Below, piece by piece: positions 42,801 to 57,261 of a DNA stretch of 64,000 bases. The notes under the pieces were generated by a model that saw only the letters and a program-made list of their open reading frames with translations, searched no databases and was not told the origin of the DNA. The first letter of the stretch is position 1, and every line of letters starts with the position of its first letter. Origin of the DNA: Chrysomallon squamiferum. Taxonomy: Eukaryota > Animalia > Mollusca. A program made the translations under genes and the position numbers. The stretch lies in the NCBI GenBank assembly GCA_012295275.1, contig CM022666.1, positions 10,230,001-10,294,000 of the forward strand, read 5' to 3'.

Positions 42801-45800
42801 ATCCAAAATAGTTTATAATTCTTTGGGGTTTTTTCACATTTTCAGTCCACTGCAAAAGAAAATGCCAAGCAGTCACATGACTATTTTCAGCTTCTCTGTA
42901 GGTAAGCAGCATAGAATATTACTCTTTTTAAAAATAGTAATTTATGTGGAGAAATCAAGATTAATTTGATTTTTTTCTCCCAAAATTAAATTTTAATACA
43001 GTAGGCAAATTTTTTCTGAATTTAATTTCATATAATTGCAGGTATTAATTAGGGGCAATAAAATGGATGTAATCAAGAGTCTAGAGGCAGTTAAAGACAC
43101 AGGTGTTAGAATTCTGTCATTTGAAACCGACGTAAAAGAATTTTCTTAGTTTATCATCTGACCATTGTTGAAATTTTCTCCATTAGAGCTTATCAACAAG
43201 CAAAAATTATCTGTTTTAAAACTGATTTTTTATATTATAAAAAAGTGATTCATTTCTTATTCAACATTCCATCATTACCTCTGAATACATTGTTCTATTA
43301 TGTAGTATAGTTTGTTATGTTTACAATTCTTAATTCACTGTTTATTGGAAGAATTTTGAAATAAAAAAAATCGACTATTTTAGAAATGAACATAGTAATT
43401 GGCAAAACAATGTTAATTCTTTTATTTCAGAATGTATTCATATTATATTCAGTAAAAGTCATAACATATAATAAAACATGCATCATACAAGTTATTAAAA
43501 ATATAATCAACATAGAAATATAATCATTTCAAATAACGCCAATTCTTTTGGGTTGCACGTAAAATCTACAGCAATTAAGCTAGGTAGGAAACAATTCACG
43601 GCGATTTCACTATACACATGCTATAATGTATACACTAAAAGTAGGAACATACAGCCAACAAGTTATTAAAAATATAAACAACATAGAAATATAATCATTT
43701 TAAACAGTGCCAGGCCTTTCTAGTTTACAGCAATTTTGGTCTGTAGAAAACGTAACTTAATGGCGATTTCAATGTGGAACTTCTTTTCACCAAAGAAGGC
43801 ACACCATAGTGTTGCACATTGTTTGAAAAGTAATTGAATGAGCTTTCATTTGATCCCATGAACACAGGTTTTATTTTCAGCCAGTTTTTTTCAAAACAGG
43901 TTTGAAGGCATGAAAAAGTGCGTTTTTGGACACAACTTCTGATATAAGCAATTGCCAGCGACGAGAGTCACACAGTTAGAAAGATTGAACATTGACCCTC
44001 CTAGCTGTGCTAAAAATAACATTGCAGCTATTTTGGCAAAAACAAGCCAGGTGTTTGTAGAGCGACCCTATTTTAGGACTTTTTACTCCACGCTGTTAAT
44101 TGCTGACCACAGGCACAAAAGTGTGTTTACCCCCATCACCTTTAACACTCTCATACAAAGAAATGATTTAACATACAACAAAAACAACACAACCATTTAA
44201 AAGAGCACATAATGATCTTTATTTCCTTATATTTGTTTTTTATGGTAGGTTTTATAGAAGGGATTTGGCAGTGGAGGAAAATGAGTGAAATCTGAACTTT
44301 TAACAGCTTCAACCAATTATATCGGCTAGGCTGCTGGTACCTAAATTACAGTATATCTTTTGAGGGTGGAATACTAATTAAATCAGTGTCATAATATATT
44401 TTTGGAAGCTAAGCATGCTTTTATGTTCATCATTCATACTTGCGTATTTGGCAATGGTATATATTTTTTTGTATCATTTGGTGACACTAATTATTATTTT
44501 TTTTAATTTTAGATTATTGAGTTTTGCTTGTGCAAATGAAACTAGTCTTTCAACTGCAGATGTTCTGCTCAACAATGAAATAACATGGTTAAAGAAAGTA
44601 AGGGTAAGAGTTTTGTAATGTGGTGATGTGTAGAATGTCTTCATGGAACTGAATTTGGTGGAATGAATTTGGCTATCAGAATGATTATGTTAGCAATAAA
44701 AAATCTATTATAAAACAAAATTTAAAAAGTTTAGGTATATATTTTGAGTTACCATTTTTGCACAGATTGTTCAAAAACTTAATTTTCTTTTTTCACAAAT
44801 ATACCATATTTAATAAGGTATTTATATATAGGAACATGTATTAACTTGTGGTGAACCTGGAACTGAAGATGCACTTCTGGAGGGTCATTTGGGTATCACA
44901 CGTGAACTGCTGTCGTTCCAGAGTGCTGAAAAAAAATACAACATTGGATCAGAGAAAGGAGGAGCAAATCTCATAAAAGTAAATACATTTCAACATACAT
45001 ACACCCATATATTTATCATGATAATTAAATAAGAAAATAGTCAACAAATGTTTTTTTTCAGTCTGATTACTGAACATTAAAATATTTCATAATTTCACAT
45101 AATGTTTTTACATTGATAAATTAGATCTTTTGATGGTAGTATTTTCTAGCATATAAAGACATTAATTTTAGATATTGCTAACCATAGTAAATAATAAGAA
45201 AAATATAATTATTTTTCTTTTCAATTTATTAGCAACAAACGGGAAAATTTTCTATTCCTTATCTTTTATTTTACATTTTTAATTCTAGGAATTAGTGGAA
45301 GATTTTATATTTCCTGCATCAAAGATAGTTTTGCAGTGTCGGAAGCAAAATGGTGATTTTCCTGCTGAGCAGGCCTTCCCTGTCTGTTCTACATCAATGA
45401 CTGTGATAGCAGCTTTTGATCTCTTGGTGGCTTTTTGTACTGGCTGTGTTCAGAATCTTCAGTTCCTTGCCAATATGTTGATAGAGATGTATTACACAAG
45501 TAAGACAATGCTTTTTTAAATAACATATTTAAATACTTTGTCATTTTGTGGCTGTTTGGATTATAATAGTAACTAGATAACACGGAGAATTTTTTGTTTT
45601 TTTGATTTTCTTCTAAAAATTGTCATATCCATTTTATAATAGGGTTATTTTTATTATCCTTTGAATCTTTTCAGCTTTTTAAAACAAAAAATGTTTTAAT
45701 AATGATTATTTTTAATTAAAAAGGACTGACAGAGTGAAAGACTGAACATTGTTATATATGTATATATATATAACACACACACATTCACTTATACAGGGTT

Positions 45801-48800
45801 TTCTGATTATTTTCATGCAAATTCAGATCTAAGAAATAACCTACACACCAAGATTAAAAATGAAAATTTGGTTCTAGTTTGATGTCAGTAAAAATCATTT
45901 AATTCTAATTATATTGTTCATTCTGCAGATGAAACACCACTCACTGAGTGGGAGTATGTGCCTCCTGTTGGTCCAAGACCTAGTAAAGGTTTTGTTGGTT
46001 TGAAGAATGCAGGAGCTACATGTTACATGAATTCTGTCATTCAGCAGGTATTTTATATAATTAATAACAAAATACTTTAATTTGTATAAATAATACATTG
46101 CATTGTAGACTGCTCAGATGACATTTAATTTAATAAATCAAACTGGAAAATTAATATTGTACCTCTAGTCTAGCAGTTTATTATGCCTGTACAGTCATTT
46201 CCTTTTTAATCTAAGTAACACAAATTAACATATTTTATAAATTGCTTAGGGATATGATACATGAGAAATTGAAACTTCCCTTAATAGTAACAAAATTTAT
46301 TTCGACTTTATCCTTGCTTTCCAAGTGTCAGCTGAATGAATATTAGATTTTTCCTCCTAATAATGAACTTATGTTTTCAGTTATTTATGATCGAGCCAAT
46401 TAGAAATGGCATTCTTGGAGTAAATGGTGCAGCAGATGATATTGATGAAGATTTTCTGAATGATGAAAAAACTGAAAATGAAGTAAGAATGTTTAAATAT
46501 GTTTTAAAATATATATTTTATTTTTTTATATAATTAACATTTCTTAATTTGTTTGTAATCAGAAATTACTCTTGATTATTCTCATATTCTGTAAATAGCT
46601 TTAAAAATGAATCATCTTATTATTTTACATAGAAGAAATGAAAATAATACATGAAAAAAGTATCTGTGATAATGATTTTTTTGTTTGTTTTACATTTTAA
46701 AAGTTATAGAATTGTTAAAATACTTTTGATGACAGACAAACATAGATATGGGTGAATTTGAAAAGAAAGATGAAGACAAGTCAAACAAAACAGAAGAAAG
46801 AAAAGATTACAACATGGGTGTACTAAAACAGATCCAAGTTATATTTGGTCATCTTGCAGCCAGCAAACTGCAGTATCATGTGCCCAGAGGCTTCTGGAAA
46901 CATTTCAAGTAAGCATTTTCTTATGATATTTAATTTTTTTGTTACTAGAACTGTCAATTTAAACTTAATCAGAGGCTAGATTGTCACCATTTAAATATTC
47001 CTTAATCATATTTACCCATAGCTGAATCCTGTTATTGATCTAAATATTAAACTAATTACATTCATAATGTTCAACCTCAATTTTTTCAGTGTGTATGTAT
47101 TTCAGATTATGGGGTGAGCCTGTGAATCTTCGGGAACAACATGATGCTCTAGAATTTTTCAACAGTTTAGTTGATAGTCTTGATGAAGCCTTAAAGACAC
47201 TCAGCCAGCCATGTGTTCTGTCCAAAGTGTTAGGAGGATCTTTTGCAGATCAGAAAATATGTAAAGATTGCCCTCATAGGTTAGTAAATTAGATTTCATT
47301 AAAATTAAATACGGTAATCCTGTAATTGTAATATCCTCTATAATTGTATTAAAAATATATTAATTATTAATTTAAAAATTACTGTCTTTTTTTAAATTCA
47401 GTATGCTTATTGAACTGGATATTGTTTAGCTAACATGTCAAACAATCATATTTTTGCATTTTCACTTTAGATTTGATTTTCATATCATGACATGTAATTA
47501 AAAAAAAAAAATATCCTTTTTGAAAAGGTATCAGAGGGAAGAAGCATTTACAACACTGAACGTTGATATAAGAAACCACCAGAATTTGTTTGAGTCACTG
47601 GAGCAGTATGTCAAGGGAGATTTGCTGGAAGGGGCTAATGCATATCACTGTGAAAAATGCAACAAAAAGGTATATAAAATCCAAATTCAAAGAAAGAATT
47701 TGGTGTGCTCTTAATCAAAAAAAAAGTAGTGACCTTAAAACACCACCTATTCCCTACTAATGATGAAGTGGCAAGATAAAAAAAATATACATATAAACAT
47801 TTGAAAAACAGCTTTTATAATTCAGTAAAGTTACAAAACACATAAATAACGAAGTAAACAAAGGAAACATTAGATTGGATTTTTAAAATTTCATTTCAGT
47901 CATTAACAAACGTATTTGATATGTAATAAATTGTGATATTAGTCACAACTGAAGATTGAAAAATTATGAATAAGAACTGTTCTAAAGATTTAGATAGCTA
48001 TCATGGAATGTAATGCAGTTTTGTATGTGTTACATACAGTGAGATATGTTTTAGAATATTTCTTTTCAACCAGTTTGTCTGTACATTTCAGGTTGACACT
48101 GTAAAAAGGCTGCTAATAAAAAAGTTACCAAAGATTCTAGCCATTCAATTAAAAAGATTTGACTATGACTGGGAAAGGTTTGTTCTGATTAAACATCGTT
48201 TGTTTTAAATTATATTTATTTTAACCAAAATGCCAATGTCAATTTTAGGTGTGGTATGTTAAGAACTGGGGAAAAAAATTAATTTGTTCAGAATTAATAA
48301 CTTGTCTATTTCAAAAAGGCTGCGTGTGAGTGGTGTCTGTATTTGGAATGTGATGACAATGTTTTAAGAATGTTTTGGAAATTGAAATTCATATTAACAT
48401 CAATTTGTGTTTATTTTCTTTCCATTATAGGGAATGTGCAATCAAATTCAATGACTATTTTGAATTTCCAAGGAAATTTGACATGGAACCATATACTGTT
48501 CAAGGAGTAGCAAAAGTTGAAGGTAAAAAAAAATGTACTACTTTTTAGAAAAACAAATTAAAAAAGTATATATTTTTCTGAATAAATTATATTAAAGAAC
48601 AATAGACAAAGATAATCAGATGTTACATAATGAGTTGTATGGTTTTGTTTAAGGAGAGGTTATTGATGATGAAGAAGAAAAGCCTCAGAGCACAAAGTAT
48701 AGACTGATAGGAGTTGTAGTCCATAGTGGACAAGCCAGTGGAGGTCACTACTACTCTTATATCTACTACAAGTAAGCGCAGAAGTTAATTTCATTTTCTC

Positions 48801-51800
48801 AAAGTTTAATTAGGTTTTTTATAACAACTTAATATTTTATTCTGAGGATATTTTTTCTTATACATTTAGAGAATTGTCCATTTTCAGTTTATGTAAGTAC
48901 ATTTATGATTGGTACAGTTGTTACTTCAAATATGCTGTACTTGCAGTATTTTGTGATAAAATATTGGACATTACATCTTAATCTTAGAAATCTTTTTAAA
49001 ATAAATTCAGCAATCATATGTCAACATATATATGTTAATATCGATAATATATTACATTAATATTTCAGAGGGACAACTGATCCACATCCCAAGTGGTACA
49101 AGTTTGATGATGGTGATGTTTCTGAGTGTAAAATGGATGACGATGAGGTTAGGCATTTATGAATTTTGAAGTAATCAGAGAAGTAATCATTAAGTTCTGA
49201 TCAACATTTTTGACATCTTTAAATCTATTAAAACATAGTCATTTTAAACTGTATTCTATTTTTAAATGCCAGTTATTTCTTGTAGGAAATGAAAAATCAG
49301 TGTTTTGGAGGAGAATATCTTGGAGAGGTTTATGACCACATGTTGAAAAGGTAGGAGTCTCTTTATTATTTATGCTTTAAAGAATGATAATGAATTAGGG
49401 ATTGTTTGTTAATACATCTGTTGATACAAGTTATTTTTAGGTACCAGCAGACCACAGCACTTATCATGGAAATTATTTAAAGCATGGTCAAGTACTTAAA
49501 TAGGTCAACTTTAACCCAAATTATCTCTATTTTACAATCAAGTAATAATTTTTTTACTTGACATAAAACATCTTTCAGTACCCAGTCTATACATACATTA
49601 TACATGATGAATTGATTTTTGGGGAAGTATTGTAAAATAGCAACATAAAACACACGTAATGGCCATTGTTTTAATCTGTCCAAGTGAAACAGCCAGAGGT
49701 AATAAGTGGTTTTAACCAAATTGCTTGAACTAGGTTATGTCATTATCATATTAAGGATAAGATGACAAGCTTTTGATGTGTATCTAATTTGCTGTGAATA
49801 TTCAAAATAATTATTTATTTATTTACATTTAAAAACGATTTAGATCAATAAATTGAGTATAAGTATACATATAAAGGGCTACTTTCGTTTGGTGTGTGAA
49901 ACTATGCATATAAACCTATCCTCGCTTTGCGCTTTGCAAAAGAATCAGGGAACCCCATGGATACCTGGATGGAGACGAAGAAACATTTCCATCAAGATTT
50001 CAGTCTATGCTATGTAAGTATTTAAAATTAATGAAACAATCGTTGATAGAATTGTTTGTTAACATGTTGCAACATATGTGTCATTATTAATTATCTTTTA
50101 AATGATAATATTGATTATTGAATTGGAATAGGTGTATAAATATGGCCAGTTGATTTATTTGTTTTCAGGCCACCAGCAATGAGTTAATTGTTCAACTCTG
50201 TTAAATTGCGAACGTGAAATGGTCATTAGAACATAATGTGTATCAAACTAGTTTATTAGTTTTATTGCTAATTAAATTGTTGAAGTGGCATGGACCTATG
50301 GGTTTGGTACATTGGTCATGTGACCTTAATACAAGGTTACGATTTTTTGACATAAAAGCTGGTACTGATGGCAGTTAAAAAAAATAATTAAAATTAAAGC
50401 AGCTTATATTTTTGTTGTTCTTTTGGTGCATGTGTGAAAACAGAAATGTTATAAAATTAGTTGATCAGATGTTTTTTTTTTTTTAATAAATGATTTGTTT
50501 TTGTTTCAGTTGATGGTCAGTATCTTGTTTTGGAGAATATTTTACTGGAAAAAGGAGAAGGAAGACAAACAAGAATTCCTGTATGTGATTGCACCAAAGA
50601 ATTATTTTGAAGTTTATAATCTTAAAGAATAACACTGGAGTCTCTTAGGAAGCTATCACAGAATTATTTGGAAAACGTTCTAGCAACACTATTGGGAAAG
50701 TTTGTAGAATCAGAAAATCTTGTTTAAAGGCTTTATCAACATTCACAGATTCTCACTAAGAATTTCTTGATTAGGCTGCAGTAGATGTAGGTTCTACAGG
50801 ACCAGGACTTGACATCAGTTGTATCTATGATGCAGCCTTTTAGGAGACTTGCTGTGTTTATCAAATTAATTAGGTGTACGCAGATTTTGGTTTTCCAGGC
50901 AAGGAACTTGGTTTGATTTATTTTACAAAAAGACAAAGTAGACTTGATTATTTCATTGACCTGTCATCATAGAGTCTGGAAGGGTCACCTTTTTGGAAAA
51001 GTGAGGACTGAAAGATTTCCTTCATCTGCTGACATTGACACAGTCACAACAGACTGTTTTTTGTTCAGATTTTGATATAATGACAAAAATGGACAAACTT
51101 GGAGTGTTAACAGTTTTGAGAAATTGAAAATTTGTTTCTAATTTTAAACAGTACTGTACTTTTTAATGATCTGATGACCAAACAGTTAACAAAATCATTC
51201 TTTGTGTGTCAAAAGATAACTTATTTTTAATATTAAATAATCCTGTTCCTTGTAAATTTGTGTCATAATGACATTTACAACAAGCAGTTCCATCAAGTAA
51301 CTCTTGTTTATAACAAATGTAAGACAGTACAATGTAGCATGCATTGTTAGTTATATTATAAATGAGAATTTTTTTTTTGCTAACTGCTCATCAGTTGGGT
51401 TGAGTTACAGCTTCGTCAGTGGATACACTGCTCAAAGTGTAACAATCTTGGATCACCCAAGATAGTTTTATGTTGGCACTTTCACCATGCAATGTTTTAG
51501 GAAGTTATCTTCAATGATTTTAAAGTGAGATCCATTTGAAAACTGCCAAAACATTCTGTTTTTAACATTTTACCAAATAATATTGTTAAATCAATGAATT
51601 TAATATACATAGTAGCATTTTGTAAGCTCTTTAACTATGCAGAGTTTCAGGAAGATACCTCCAACAGTTTTAGGGTAACATCCATTTGAAAACTGCATAA
51701 ATAAAACATTTTGGTGCAGAAAGTTTCTGAATTAGATTTTTATCATTTAGTTATGTTCAAGTGCTGGTAGCTTCATAAATTACATTCCTTGAACAAAAGT

Positions 51801-51822
51801 AAGCTTGTAGTATAGAACCAGT

Positions 51823-51856
<34 letters not shown>

Positions 51857-54800
51857 TAACACACTCGGGGCCAGAGAGTCTGGCACCCTAGGCAAGGTTA
51901 GATTCTGCCACCCCTGGAAAATATCAATTTCAAAATTTGTATGTTTAAAAAAAAAAACAGTTACAAGGGTAATTTAAAAAAAAAAAAAAAAAAAGTCTGC
52001 AATTTACAGTACTTGGACAATTTAATGGGATCAAAATGATGATATAAAATTTGCCAAGTTCCTAAGGCAGAAGCACCTTAAAGGCAGACACAGCAGCCAA
52101 AATTATTGGTTTGGCCCTTTGGTGTCACTCCACCCAAAAGGTGATTATTGTAGAAATGACATGTTTAAAGTCTTATCTTTCAATAAAAATATTCATTCAT
52201 AGCAGAATTGCACCATAAATATTTTACAAATATTTAATTTCAACATCCTATGCGATCTCTCAAATCGAGATTCTTCTGTGACATTTAAATGTCCCACACA
52301 GGCCATTTCTTTCCTTGTTTATACCATTAAAATAAGGAGTTACTGCCCTAAATATGGTTTCTGCAGCAAAATGAAGATTTTGTATATATGTGATTCTATG
52401 GAAAAACTTGTGGCCTATAAAAACATGCAAACATAATTATGTCTTTAACATTTTATATATGCACGATTTTGACTGTCTCACATTGTTTGTTTCAGTCAGA
52501 TGGTGTCTACCCAGTTATTTGTCCCTGTATGAAATAAACCAAGATAAAAACTGACCTGCAATAAAACTCAAATTTATTTATTTATTTTTCAAAACTGTTG
52601 TTGATTTGCAGAAATGTGCCCCCTGAAATCAGCACCCTAGGCAGTGCCTAGTTTGCCTGTACAGTTGCGCTGGCCTTGTATAGATAGGTAGATAGATAGA
52701 TATATATAATGTTATGATTCTTCAGATGTCTAATTCTATTACTTTATGATTTATGATTATGCAAAAATGTTATTGTTGATTTTGGTGCATATTTTACTAT
52801 TTTCACACAAACAATGAAAATAGTAATCAAACTAAGACATTCTTACATTAAACAGAGATTACTATGTACATCTTAAAGTAAGCTTTTTATGTCTTTACTT
52901 ATCATTTTGTGATATTTATTCCTAAAAGGGCATGCTGATAATGTAAAACTGTTCTCGATGCCTGCAAAAGGATTAAAATGACCACATCTGAAAAACTAAT
53001 AAACATATTTTACTATCTCTTTTTCTTCTGTGTTTATATTCTTCCATTTTATATGAATAATGTATTGTAAGGGTAAAAATTACTAATTTTAATTTTGCAT
53101 GCTGGTACCTATTATTATCACTTGTGTTGTTATTTTTATTTACATAAGTTCACATAGCAAACAGCATTGTATTGAATTAATGTTAAAAATTGTATTGAAT
53201 TAACACTGAAGTTAAAAAATACGTTTGACATTTTATTTTTTTATTTTTGTTTTTTGATAATTAAATTATTAAAATATATTATTCATATTGATCAAAGTTT
53301 GAAAGTCATAATATTTTATCATCTAGGTCTGCAGTACGACGTCAGAAAAGATGGTGGAATGCTTACATACTGTTTTATGAAAGAATAGATGAAATGAAAG
53401 AAGATATTGAAAGTGTAACAAAAGAAATGCAAAAAATATCAATATGTAAGTAATAATATAATTAGTGGGGTTTTTTTTCTCATTATCTTAAGACAGACAG
53501 ATTTTTTTGTTTTTATGCTATGAATGTCATTTTACATGTTTCTAAAAATGAGTAGTAATTTATTATAAGAAACTTTTTTTTTGCTGCTTTCTGTTTATTT
53601 TTATCAAAAATATTATGTTTAAAGACATTATAAAGTTTTTTTAAAGTGGTTGGGTTACCTGTTCATCTGCTTTACACGGTTTTTGCAGCAAGTACTGTTC
53701 CACACGTAGCTATGCCAACAACAATAGATCGTCTAGTGAGGAAACAGAATATCCTCTTCATGCATGAGAAGAATCAGTATTGTATTGAATATTTCCAGTT
53801 CATGAAAAAACTCATTACTTGCAATCATGTCATTCTCACACATGCAATACAGGAAAAATTAGTAAGTATAAAACTTTTTGTTGACATAATAAATGTGATC
53901 TGGATTTGGAAAATTATGTTTTGCTCATTTGAAAAGATTAATTAAATATAGATAAATTTTATAAACGTGTTAGTTTTCAGAATGATGAGCATATAATTTA
54001 AAACTTGTTTTATTGTTTGGAGTTTGAATTTAATATTGTTTGTTAATCGGTTTTTTTCTTCTTTTTTTCTTTTTTCTCCTTTTTTCTTTTTTCTCTCTTT
54101 AAAATTAAGGTAATTTTTATTTTACAGATTAACTAAATGATTTTCTTGGTTACTTTCAGACAAATGAAGCAGAACAGATTGCAATGATCAGCATGGAGCT
54201 GGCATCAAGATTCCTTTTTACAGTGGGCTTTCATACAAAGAAAACCCTCAGGTACTTACTGGATCTCAAAATGTTAACTTTGGTTAAAATGGATGTATGA
54301 ACGAAAAGTTTATGTTTACATTTTGTAAAATTGGTTCTTGATTAAGGGCTAAAACTGGATAACGTGATAAAAATGTGCTGTTTATTTTCAGGGGTTCAGC
54401 AAGTGACTGGTATGATGCTCTGCATATTCATCTGAGGTTTAGTAAAACAGTCCGAAGCTGGTTTGCACATAATGTCCTTTTTGCTCAACCTTCAAGATTT
54501 GCAGAATATCTTCTTGAATGTCCAAGCTCAGAGGTATGAATGTGATTTTACAATTACAATTTATTGATACTTACATAAATTAAAAAGTGTTTGATGTTAA
54601 AATAGCATTGAAGAAATACATTTATTAGAAAATAAATTTAGTTTTTGACAGACTGATCCTTAAAAAAAGCTTCTTTTTTTTTGGGGGAATAAATACTTTA
54701 GATATTTATGTTTCGTTGTTTTGTCTTTTTTTTTTAAATTTATTATTAGTTACATTTTTTTCTATTAAATTTTATAATTGTTTTTCTTGTCACATTTTTA

Positions 54801-57217
54801 CATTAAAAAGGTGCTTTAATTTTTGTTTATTATATTATTATTATTATATGTGGCATTTTTAATCTTATTATGATCATTTATTGCAGGTTCGTAATGCATT
54901 TGCCAAGATAATTGTGATTTTATCACATTTTTCTCTACAAGATGGACCCTGCCCACCACCTCTTGTTCAAGGTCTGTATGGTAAGTATAATGCTGGACTA
55001 AATAGTATCATTCATTTATGTTTAGATATATATAATCAGAATGTTGTTAAATATGTTATCCAAGTCAGGAAATAAATATATATTTTTTTTTTTTTTTTTT
55101 TTTTTTTTGATAAATCCAGTGTTTTTCTATTTTAAAAAAGTTGTTTTCCATTTCATGTTTTTGTAAATTCCATTTCAGTTCCATTTCAGGAATAAATTAT
55201 GTAATTAAAAACTAATATATAAAATAGACTAACACAATTTGTGCAAATCACAGGAGAAAATAATATTGTCTAGTCATGTAATTGTAATTAACTGAAGCAA
55301 TCTTCAATGTCTCCATTTACATACAGTATTGGCAAGTCTTTTTGTGTTTTCCTCGCTTCAGAGTCACTCTTCTGTCATTAAGTAGATGTTTCTGTTGAGA
55401 AAAGCTGGTTTTATTATCAACATAAGTTAGGCTTCAAAATAGCATCAGTTACTGTGGCATGCCTTGCCAAAACTCAGAAATGGGCAAAGTGCTGTTAAGT
55501 TTGTCATGATATCCCATACATACATATATATATATATATATGAGCCATTCCTCAAGCAACTTAGGGGATAGATCCTGCAGAGACTTGGTATAGTATCTTG
55601 TGAGTGTCAGTACCTCAATGATCTGTTCAGCAGCCAATCCCTGTGATGCCTCAGCCTTGAAGAAGGTTTCATACAGATGAATTCTCGTTGCATGGTATTT
55701 GGCTGCTTCAAACCAAGAATTCCAGCAAGATTAGACAGGGGCAGGTGGTAGCTTCACATCATCAGCAGCAGCAATCAGTTCAGAGAGGTGTTTTATGAAG
55801 TAATTCTTTCTCCAGGATTTTTGTACAGCAATGATTTGATCATAGTGATTAAATCAGACGTGTGGGCTAAATTTCTGTTCCAAAATACCTCAGATTGACA
55901 ATATGAGCAAGACACAGTAGATGCACAGAGTTGGGATAGATAGCTGACAAAACATCCCTGTATGCCTTCTTACAGTATATAGTGCTGTCACTGACTTTGC
56001 AAATTACATTATCAAAATCAATTTATAAGATAGGCACTGGTGAAATGACAGCTATGATTACAGGCTTTCATTTTTACAACACCGATCAAGTATGGCTTCC
56101 CAGTCACATTCAAGATGCTATGATCAAGCACATCAGTAGTTTCGTCAGCTGTGATATTGAGAGGACAGTCACAAAAACAGCCTTCAGTGCTGAGAAATGT
56201 ATGTCAAACAGTCTTGAGGTGTAGATCCTGCCTGCTTACAATGTTTTTGCAAAAATGGCCTCATCTTCTCCATTTTCTCAATGTGTATATCTGCCACAGT
56301 GCACATTTTTACATAATGCAATACAAAATCATCTCTTATGTCCTTTGACTTTATCATGGAATTCAATGTGGTTTGCTTGTAGCAAATGCTCTGTGACTTA
56401 CACTATAAGTATCTTTCTTTTAAAGGTTCAACATTTTTTTTTTGTCAACATGTTTTTTTTTACTTTCAAAAAAGCACATCTTCATCTTCATACATAGTCA
56501 TCTTTGGCATTTACATTGGTGAGAGAGGCCATTCTTTTAAGGTTGGGCTTTTTGGCTGATCGGGCCACCATTGTGACAACTAATTTATAGACCATACGAC
56601 GTCATATGTATTGCTGTTTTTGAGAAGGCACCTCACATTTAATGGAAAAAAGGAAATACATACACTCAAAGGAAACATGGTAGAAAAAACCTTACTATAT
56701 TTAATGCACCTTGTTTCATTTAATTTGATAAAGTATTTAGTGAAATATTAATGCAACTGTAATTAAATTACAACCAATTCCAGTCAAAACAATGATGTCA
56801 TTACATTAGGTGACATACAGATTTGCCACGCTGATAAAGCATTATGAAAAGTATACATTAGTTGTGAAAGATTGCATCAGGATCAAAGACCACAATCAAA
56901 CAACTAAATGTAATAAAATATAATTTTACAACTAAATGTAGATAGGGCATTAAGGCCAAAAAGCTATAAAGAAAACAAAACTTCACTTAAATCATTTATT
57001 TTTATCACCACTCTGACAGTCTAGCATCATCTGCAAGGTGAGAAATTGATTGACCAAACAGCACAGGTGCTGAACCACCAAAGGAAAAAGCAACTGCACA
57101 AGCGTGACTGTTCGCAGACATCTGGTAAATGAGACGTGCATTTGACAAAATTGACAATCACGGAAAACCATTGGGTCTACATTTTTTTATGGATTTCTCC
57201 TTATTTATTTATTTATT

Positions 57218-57261
<44 letters not shown>

